Shown here: one piece after another, positions 55,340-64,000 of the stretch
How positions within the stretch are numbered: the stretch's first letter is position 1
How the letters are laid out: the number at the start of each line of letters is the position of its first letter
The notes under the pieces: generated by a model
Told to the model about the DNA's origin: nothing
What the model saw: only the letters and a program-made list of their open reading frames with translations
Database searches by the model: none
Made by a program: the position numbers and the translations under genes
Assembly: GCA_951406725.2 (NCBI GenBank)
Contig: OX597826.1
Span: forward strand, 59,148,001-59,212,000
DNA length: 64,000 nt
Source of the DNA: Octopus vulgaris
Lineage: Eukaryota
Reading direction: 5' to 3'

Positions 55340-56419
55340 TTGTCTATCTATATGTCTATCCATCTCTCTCTTCCACTCTCTCTCTCTCTCTTTGTTTGTC
55401 TGTTTGCCTGTCTATCTGTCTGTCTGGTTGTCTGTCCATCAACCCAGCTGGCTATTCTTCGATTTGTCTCATCTCTCTCCCTCTCTATCTGTCACTCTTT
55501 CTCTTTGTCTCAGTCTTTATATCTGGTCCTTCCATACTATATAAGTATATATACATACATATATCTCTCTATATATATACATATGCATATCCATACACAC
55601 ATACAGACTTACGTTTATGTGTTTGTGTGAGTGAATGTGTGTGTATGCATGGTGTGTTTCACACTGTTAGCCTCCTAGTCTGTCTGTTCCCATATACACA
55701 TACATACATACATACATACATACATACATACATACATCCGTATGTACATTCGTATGTACATTCGTATGTATATACTTATGTTTGTAAGTATGTCTGTCTG
55801 TGTGCGTAAGTGCTTGTATGCGCATACGCGTGTTTGTTTGCTTGCGTGCGTACAAGTATACGTGCGTGTGCGTTCGGGCATGCGTGCGTGCGTCCGTGTA
55901 TGCGTATGCGTTTGTGTGTATGAGTGTGTGCATGCATATATGCGTGTACGCGTGTGTGTGTTTGCATGCGTGCCTGCCTCTGTGTGTGTGTGTTTGCGTG
56001 CGTGCCTGGCTGTGTGCGCGCGTACGTGCGTGCGCGTAATCTGCACATTTGAAATTTCAATATTTTCGCTCACTTTCACTTAATAATCAGCATTTCCACT
56101 TCAACTCGTTTTCAACTCTTTTTCGTTGCCAGACCCCTTCCGCTCCCTACCCAGGTTGGAACTGCCTGTTTTTCTCCTTAAATCTTACCATCTATTATTT
56201 GTTCAAAAATATCATTTTCTTTCATTTTATTTTAACTTGAAATTGGAAGAAATTGAGAATTATTGTCGACACTGAATTATATTTTTTGAGCAAGGTAAAA
56301 CTAAAAATAATATATAAGATTGACAAATAAATATATATGTACTGACTATAAGAAATTTATAAAGGAATAAAGTTGATGGATAACGACAATGAAAAGAACG
56401 GAGAATATATTTTGCGTAA

Positions 56420-57013
56420 AAGAAGAAGTGGAAGAAGTGGATATGGAAGAAGAATTAGAAGAAGAAGAAGAAGGAGGAGGAGAAGAAGAAGAAGAAGAAG
56501 GAGGAGAAGGAGAAGGAGAAGAAGAAGAAGAAGAAGAAGAGAGAAAGAAGAAGAAGGAGAAGGAGAAGAACAAGAACAAGAACAAGAAGATAGAAAAAGT
56601 AAAAGAAGGAAAAAGAAGAAGAAAGAAAAAGAAGAAGAAAGAAAAAGAAGAAGAAAGAAAAAGAAGAAGAAAGAAGAAGTAAAATGAGAAGAAAGAAAAA
56701 GAACAAGAAGAACAAGAGAAAGAAGATAGAAAAAGAAGAAAGAAAAAGAAGAAGAAGAAGAAGAAGAAGAAGAAGAAAGGGAAGAAGAATAAGAAGAAGA
56801 AGAAGAAGAAAGGGAAGAAGAATAAGAAGAAGAAGAAGAAGAAGAAAAAGAAGAGGAAGAAAGACGGTTGTGGTGGTGTTAGGGGAGAAAAGAACGAATA
56901 TGAAGTTGAGACAGACGAGAAATAAAATGTAATGTCGTGAAGTAAAGGTAGGAGGAAGAGAGGAAGATAAAACAACAGAGACTACCAAACCGAGAGGAGG
57001 GAGATGTAGTAGC

Positions 57014-57081
<68 letters not shown>

Positions 57082-57147
57082 AATTGTTGGTGGTAGTAGT
57101 GGTGGAAGTAGAATAGCGGAAAAAGATGGTAGAGATGTTGATGATGT

Positions 57148-57192
<45 letters not shown>

Positions 57193-57467
57193 GAAACTCT
57201 CGGAGGCAGCGGTGGCAGCGAAAGCAGCAGCATCAGCATCAACCGCAACAGTAGTAGTAAGTATTGTTGTTGAAATTGATGATGTCGACGACGACGACGA
57301 TGAAGAAGACGAAGGAGAAGAAGAAGAAGAAGAAGAAGAAGAAGAAGAAGAAGAAGAAGAAGAAGAAAGAAGAAGACGAAGGAGAAGAAGAAGAAGAAGA
57401 AGAAGAAGACGAAGGAGAAGAAGAAGAAGAAGAAGAAGAAGAAGATGAAGAAGAAGATGGTGATGAA

Positions 57468-57501
<34 letters not shown>

Positions 57502-57960
57502 ACAATGATTAAGATGACGATGATGACAATGTTGATTGACGATGATGACAATGACGATGACAGTGAAGAAGAAGAAGAAGAAGGACGAGAAGAATAAGAG
57601 GAAGAAGAACGAGAAGAATAAGAGGAAGAAGAAGAGGAAGAAGATGATGATGATGATGACGGCGACGATGATGACAATCTTGATTAACGATGATGACAAT
57701 GACGATGACAGTAAAGAAGAAGAAGAAGAAGAAGAAGAAGAAGAAGAAGAAGAAGAAGAAGAAGAAGAAGAAGAAGAAGAAGAAGAAGAAGAATAAGAAG
57801 AAGAAGAAGAATAAGAAGAAGAAGAAGAAGAAGAAGAAGGAGAGAAATGATGAAGAAGAAGAAGGAAATGAAGACGATACTGACGATGAAGATGACGAAC
57901 AAAGAAGACAAAGTAATAAAAGAAAACGAAGGAGAGGTAGAAGGCGAATAAGAATGGAAG
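56420..57960. repeat. 1.5-kb patchwork of (GAA)n/(GAT)n/(TAG)n trinucleotide repeats
   Basis: Direct reading; explains the 541-aa minus-strand ORF. Confidence 0.95.
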
Positions 57961-57977
57961 GAAAACGGTATTGTGGA

Positions 57978-58270
57978 TTGGTGCGGCGGCGGGGCGGCGG
58001 GGCGGTGGCGGGGCGGCGTTTGGTTGGGAGTTGATTTCAAAGTAGCAACCCAAGAAGATGAAAAGAGAATTGTTATCCAAGTGATAACGTTCTTTTCTCG
58101 ATTGATTAATTTCTATACGTTAGATGGGCTCTATCAGTGATCACGTGACAGAGTGACTCATAGTGGTTTAACTGTTTGTTTAAATATTTAAACCTTTGGT
58201 GGCGAGCGCCGACGACAGCATGTAAGGTGGGCTGGGGTGGGGTGGGGAGGAGGAAGCAACCAATGGCAGT
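57978..58270. promoter_or_regulatory. Candidate promoter-like patch
   Basis: Three GGGGCGG boxes in ~57990-58017, TCACGTGA at 58141-58148, G-tracts at 58229-58247 and CCAAT at 58260-58264 in an AT-rich background; no linked exon identified. Confidence 0.3.
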
Positions 58271-58551
58271 AGCAGCAGGTAGCAGGATATTGTTTTTCTT
58301 TTTATCTGTTGTTGTTTTGTTGTTGTTTTTTTTTAGGTGTTTAACCCCAGGTCAAGCTGGCTGAACAATTGATTCTATGCCGAAAGGTATATATCAACCG
58401 TGATCATACCAGTAACTAAGCTGTTTCTTTTCTCAAAACGCAGGACCATTAACAGGGGCTATTCGGTTTTCATGCCGTGTATGGTATCAAAATCTCAACG
58501 TCCTTCCTGAATGGAAGGCGCCGCCTTTATCTTAACATTACATAGGACTTA

Positions 58552-59064
58552 TCTATATATATAAAACTGTAGTTATGTGAGTGTCTGTCCCCTTCGATTT
58601 AGATTCCTAACTACTCCCACATTTTGCAGTGCAGTTTAACCAAATTCGGTTATCTTATAGTCGTGATTCATATCGAGCCCGTCTGAGTATTAGCGCGCGT
58701 CTACGATGAGTCTACGATTTTAAAAATAATTTAACATCATTTTTTATTCCATTTTAATGCATAATTTTTCGTGTGTCGATGGCGGCGGAGTTGGCGTCCA
58801 TGGTCACACCTGCACCTGTTTGCTTCTCCCCATTCTTTCCTCCCTCGTGAAGCTGTTGGGAAGGGAGTGTAAGGAAATCAACGTCGTAAAGCGTTGTCAA
58901 GGAGACCAGCGTTCTTTTAGAACAACGACTTCATGGCTTGAAGACACCAAAACAGAAATGGCTAAGAAAGCTCGAATTGGCATCTATAAGGGAAGTAACT
59001 CTCTAAAAATGCTTATATAGTTATTTCCCTTACAAACCCGAGCAACGCCGGGCGATACTGCTAG
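58552..59064 (+). mobile_element. Non-autonomous Helitron-like element (513 bp)
   Basis: A|TC start (TCTATATATATAAAACTG), subterminal hairpin CCCGAGCAACGCCGGG (59037-59052), CTAG|T end, no TSD. Confidence 0.85.
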
Positions 59065-59187
59065 TATATTATACAATAAACTTTTTCTCTATCTCATGCT
59101 CAAAGAATAAAATTGTTGCTTTTTCTGTACTTTGGTTCACACACACATACATACATTATTCCTCCACACATATCCATGTGTACGTAC

Positions 59188-59251
<64 letters not shown>

Positions 59252-59377
59252 ATATATAATACAAAATGGGACAAGAACGCAAAACATACCGACAGAAAGT
59301 GATACAAAAATGGGACAACAAAACATCCAAATAGACGATACAAAAAAAACAAGGACGGATCATTCGAAGTTTTCTTT

Positions 59378-59517
<140 letters not shown>

Positions 59518-59524
59518 TGTGTGT

Positions 59525-59720
59525 GTCGGTTACGACGACGAGGGTTCCAGTTCGTGAAATTGACGTTCAAGTGGCTAAGCACTCCATAGACAAGTGTATC
59601 CTTAACGTAGTTCTCGGGGAGACTCTGCGTGACACAGTGACAAGGCTGGCCCCTTTGAAATACAGGTACAACAGAAACGGGAAGAAAAAGTGAGGGAAAG
59701 TTGTGGTGAAAGAGTACAGC
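59525..59720 (-). mobile_element. 5'-truncated SINE family A (tail type 2), joined to a family C fragment
   Basis: GTCGGTTACGACGACGAGGGTTCCAGTT...GTGGTGAAAGAGTACAGC followed by GCCACGCAGTGGGACTGAACCC. Confidence 0.82.
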
Positions 59721-60234
59721 GAGGCGCCACGCAGTGGGACTGAACCCAGAACTTTACTTCTTAGTCAAAGTTACTATATTTCGTTTCTTATGTTATTAGT
59801 CTTTTGTTAAAGGCATTAATGTCCAAACATCCCATTCCTCCAATTCATTCCTTGGTGATTTGTATTTAATATAATATAAACCGTTTATATTAACTGAATA
59901 AGTCTGTTAACTTATATAATGCTTATTCGTGTTATATCTCTCCGATAACCGCCGCATCTGCCAATGCCTTGTGAACGAATTTAGTGGGAAGAAACTGTGT
60001 AGAATCAAGTATACAATGTTTGTGTTTGTGTGTGTGTGTGTGGGGGGGGCATGCACGTTTGTCTTTGTACTCATCACTTGAAAAAACAGTGTTGGTTTGT
60101 TTACATCCCTATTTGGAAGATAAATCCGATAGGGTAAATACCGAACTTTAAAATAAAAGGTACTGAGGGCAATCAATTTGACAAAAGTCCTTTAAGGTGG
60201 TGCCCTAGAATGGTCGTAGTCCGATGAATAAAAC

Positions 60235-60333
<99 letters not shown>

Positions 60334-60371
60334 TGTATGTATGTATGTATGCATGTATGTATGTATGCATG

Positions 60372-60410
<39 letters not shown>

Positions 60411-60413
<3 letters not shown>

Positions 60414-60604
60414 GGTCCCGGGTTGATTCGGGGTTAACCACAGTAAATAAGGTACTCAATACATAGCAGAGTAAAATTAATTTATTATATAGAAGGAGCT
60501 TCTACAGGACTAGAACTGTTTCATTCAAGAGAAATCTTCAGGAAGCTCCTGAAGATTTCTCTTGAATGAAACAGTTCTAGTCCTGTAGAAGCTCCTTCTA
60601 TATA

Positions 60605-60610
<6 letters not shown>
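60411..60610 (-). mobile_element. TA-flanked HHR mini-element with a perfect palindrome (64-bp arms) giving back-to-back HHRs
   Basis: 60480-60543 is the reverse complement of 60547-60610. Minus HHR 60495-60549: GGAGCTTC-CTGAAGA-TTTCTCTTGAAT-GAAA-CAGTTCTAGTCCTG-TA-GAAGCTCC (8-bp stem I). Plus HHR core CTGAAGA at 60549-60555. Confidence 0.92.
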
Positions 60611-60650
<40 letters not shown>

Positions 60651-60869
60651 CGAGAGAGGGAGAGAGAGTGAGAGAGGGAAAGAGAGAGAGAGATACTATA
60701 ATTAGGGCTCACCAAATTGCTTCACCACATGCCGAAATTTAGAAATAGCAGTTAAATACTATTCCTCTCCCATAATATATATGTTAAATTTTAATTTTTA
60801 CTCACTTATTTCCTTCTTCTGTGTACTATTTCAATTGAATATATATATTTATATATATCATTGAATATA

Positions 60870-61056
60870 TATATGATAGATCGTTAGCCACTACACACAT
60901 TTTTTTCTCTCCTTGTTTTTTTTCTGTGTCCCTTTCTGTAGAAGAGCGTAGGCTCGAAACGTAAAAGACTCTTTCAATTCCTGGGCTTTATACCAATACA
61001 TCTGTTTGTTTTGTACACTACCTGTCTTCGTCTTTTGTTTTCTTCGTGTACTCTCT

Positions 61057-61058
<2 letters not shown>
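60870..61058 (+). mobile_element. TA-flanked mini-element with a minimal variant HHR-like motif (60932-60967)
   Basis: CTTT-CTGTAGA-A-GAGC GTAG GCTC-GAAA-CG-TA-AAAG. Confidence 0.75.
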
Positions 61059-61122
<64 letters not shown>

Positions 61123-61127
<5 letters not shown>

Positions 61128-61306
61128 TAAGCAACAAGTTGCTTCACCACATACCGAAAATTTAGAAATAGCAACCAAAAGACAGCTGATTTCTTTTTAT
61201 TATTGTTATCTGTGGAGTCATATCTGTAGTAAAAAGAAATGAGCTGTCTTTTGGTTGCTATTTCTAAATTTTCGGTGTGTGGTGAAGCAAAGTGTTGCTT
61301 AAACCT
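61123..61306. mobile_element. TA-flanked palindromic element (~80-bp arms); related fragment at ~60700-60770
   Basis: TTGCTTCACCACATACCGAAAATTTAGAAATAGCAACCAAAAGACAGCT versus its reverse complement at ~61242-61290; few mismatches. Confidence 0.87.
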
Positions 61307-61430
61307 CAATTATATTTATATAAAAAAACTTTTTGTAAAAGTTCCTACCGATATTGTTTCTCTTTCCATACCGAAACTACTTGGTAAAACTTATTAATTA
61401 TTAAATCAGCAATTCTTTACCCTTTATCTG

Positions 61431-61470
<40 letters not shown>

Positions 61471-61521
61471 CGTACATTAATATACGTGTATATATATATA
61501 TATATAACGTATATTAATATA

Positions 61522-61609
<88 letters not shown>

Positions 61610-62685
61610 TGTGTGTGTATGTGTGTGTGGCGGTGAGTCAGCATGCCTTTAGCCCAATGACTGAAACAGGCAAAAGATAAAAGATACAAACACAGATACA
61701 TACGTATATATTTGTGTGTGTATATTTAACTATCTATCATGCTCTCTATCTATCTGTCTGTCTATCTATCAAACTCTCTATCTATCTTTCGTTCTCTCTA
61801 TTTACACTAATATATATATATATATATATATCAAAGACAACGTGACCCTCTATAATAATTACGTTCATGATTTTGCATATTCATAATTTATGTGGAGCAG
61901 TATTTAAACATAAGCGAACTCTCCTTGAGATACAAAGATATATCCAATTCACATTTTACAAAGATCTATGCCGGAATTCTATTAGTCAACCACGAAGAAG
62001 AAATTCTAATAAAATATTTAAGACGTGATTCAGCTAGCTTAGAAAAGCAGCAATGTCTCTCAAACAGGATCCTTTTCAAAGCGAAGTTTATTTCCACCAG
62101 AGTTTGTTGAATTTTAATGCAACCAACCAATATTTGAAACATGTTTCCAATATATCGGAAAGGGGTCTGGGATGTCTCTAATATATCTGAAAAGGATCTG
62201 GGATGGACGGTGGGTGTAATAATATTGTGCATTTTTGTCGGCAGGAGGGCCCTGCATCGTCATGAAAAATCAATCTAGTTAAAGTAGGATGGATGTCTAA
62301 CACGTTATCTTCCCTACATTATTGTGGTTGTTGGTGTTTAACCCTAAGCCAATCCTGGTCGAGTAAAATCACGAAAGGCATTCAAGCCATGACTGCCGGG
62401 TTTATATTTAGAGATGTTTTTTTTATTTGTTTCAGTCCTAGCACTGCGGCCATGCTGGAGCATCGCTTTGAAGTGTCTCATCCTAGCATTTATGCTTTAT
62501 AACTAGTACTTATTCTGACCTTTCCTTTCTCCGACCTGTTACGTTACGTTGCGGGAAAGTAGAAAATAAAACCAACGACAGTACAGAGTCGGTAGTGGGG
62601 TGGCTGTTGAACTCGTTCAGAAGAATACCCACCCATAGTAATGTGTGTGTGAGTGTGTGTATGCATGTATCTACATATATATCTC

Positions 62686-62924
62686 CCCTTCTTCTTAGCC
62701 CTCCTGAGTGACCCTTCTATCTGGCATTTGCCATGATAGATCGCTAGCCACTACACATTTTTATTTTCTCTCCTTGTTTCTTTCTGTGTTCCTGTCTGTA
62801 GAAGAGTGTAGGCTCGAAACGTTGAAGACTTTTTCACTTCCCGAGCGTTAAACAAATACATCTGTTTGTTGTCTACACCATCTGTCTTCGTCTTTTGTTT
62901 TTTTTTTGTTGTAAATTCTCCCCT
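62686..62924 (+). mobile_element. Third copy of the minimal-HHR mini-element (motif at 62792-62827)
   Basis: CTGT-CTGTAGA-A-GAGT GTAG GCTC-GAAA-CG-TT-GAAG; shares ATGATAGATCG.TAGCCACTACACA with 60870; ends at (TA)n. Confidence 0.72.
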
Positions 62925-63029
62925 ATATATATGTATATATATTTATATATATATATGATAATATATATATATACATGTATATACATATATACATATATAT
63001 ATGCCTATCTATCTATCTATCTATCTATC

Positions 63030-63061
<32 letters not shown>

Positions 63062-63862
63062 TATATGTCTATATATATATAGACATATATGCATGTATCT
63101 ATCTCTCTATCTCTCTGTATGTATATACATACTACGAATCTTTTACTCTTTCTTTTAATCCCTCATTCTTTCTTTCCTCTTTTCTTTTTCTCGCTCCTCC
63201 TCACCCACATTTCTCTTTCTCTGATCTTTCTATTTTCCTTCGTTATCTCCCTTGTACCTTTCTTTCTGTCCCTTCCTCTCTCTCTCTCTCACTCTGGTTC
63301 CCCGCTTAATTCTTCAATCCCTCTGCCCCTACCTCTCTCTTTTCCTTCCACGTGACCGGTGTTCGGCCAAGCATGGTTTTTCTTTCTTGGCCCGATCGCC
63401 GCCCGTACAGCACCTCTTGTTTTCCTGTCTCCTGACTTTCATCTATATTTGTGCTTCGAAGCTTTCTCACCACACGCCAGCTCAACTAGATTCGTCCTTA
63501 TTAGTCGAAAGACACCTGTTGTTATGCTCTTGTTTGTATATGTAATAGTGTAACATTTTCTCCGTTATGTCGTTTTTTTTGTCTGTGTTGTCGTGCACAT
63601 TTGCTTGTAATCTTCCAAAAAATGTTATGCTCTTAGCTTAGATTCTTGGGGCCAGTCAATTTTGAACAGTCTCAAGTGTAACACGTCGAAACTATAATGA
63701 TAATTTGAAAACTCGGCTGATAAATATAAGGCCATGAATGATCTGTGCTTTGTATCGTCTATCTGTCCGTATATTTTTGTTGTCGTCTGTTACGTTCTTA
63801 TTCTATGTTTTGGGATTTATCTATCTATCTATCTGTCTATCTATCTATATATATATATATAT

Positions 63863-64000
63863 GTAGGTCCCGGGTTGAGTCGGGGTTAACCACAGTAAAT
63901 AAGGTACTCAATACATAGCAGAGTAACTTAATTTATTTTATAGAAGGAGCTTCTACAGGACTAGAACTGCTTCATTCAAATGAAATCATCAGGAAGCTTC
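63863..64000 (-). mobile_element. HHR mini-element of the 60411 family, running off the window end; HHR at 63948-63998
   Basis: Same terminus GTAGGTCCCGGGTTGA.TCGGGGTTAACCAC next to (TA)n. Minus: AGCTTC-CTGATGA-TTTCATTTGAAT-GAAG-CAGTTCTAGTCCTG-TA-GAAGCT (A15.1G substitution). Confidence 0.88.

Noticed and set aside
56455-58080. 541-aa minus-strand ORF (poly-S/L/H/F)
   Set aside because: Composed almost entirely of trinucleotide repeats, open in several frames on both strands, and has no domain motif.
61340-61432. ACC-GAAA-CTAC-TT-GGTA half-motif upstream of a TA tract
   Set aside because: No CUGANGA or UUGANAA box; possibly a truncated element end, but unsupported.
61892-62260. Non-repetitive ORFs of 72 and 88 aa on opposite strands
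   Set aside because: No recognisable motif or splice context; probably decayed TE sequence.

Overview
Eukaryotic, AT-rich, extremely microsatellite-rich non-coding DNA. The SINE families and repeat content point to an octopus (coleoid cephalopod) genome; this is inference, as no search was run. No host protein-coding exon is supported, and nearly all listed ORFs are translations of simple repeats. Supported features: many tRNA-derived SINE copies in three families (several with TSDs); decayed retrotransposon ORF fragments (Penelope-like RT-thumb/GIY-YIG at 8.5-9.7 kb, RTE-like at 33.1-33.4 kb, Tx1/L1-like RT at 39.0-40.1 kb); a non-autonomous Helitron (58552-59064); a piggyBac-like MITE nested in another MITE; and a fold-back element with telomere-like repeats. 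The main finding is a diverse set of short non-coding elements sitting in or next to (TA)n tracts. They carry type I hammerhead ribozyme (HHR) motifs and often form 130-350 bp palindromes. About 15 HHR or HHR-like motifs from about six sequence families were read by eye, including canonical cores, U3:A8 compensatory cores and a family-wide A6U minimal core. One 356-nt monomer (21731-22086) has a partial tandem repeat, a rod-like fold and strand-specific covariation, and looks like a retrozyme (possible circRNA) mobilised by Penelope-like machinery. Ribozyme activity and expression are predictions only.
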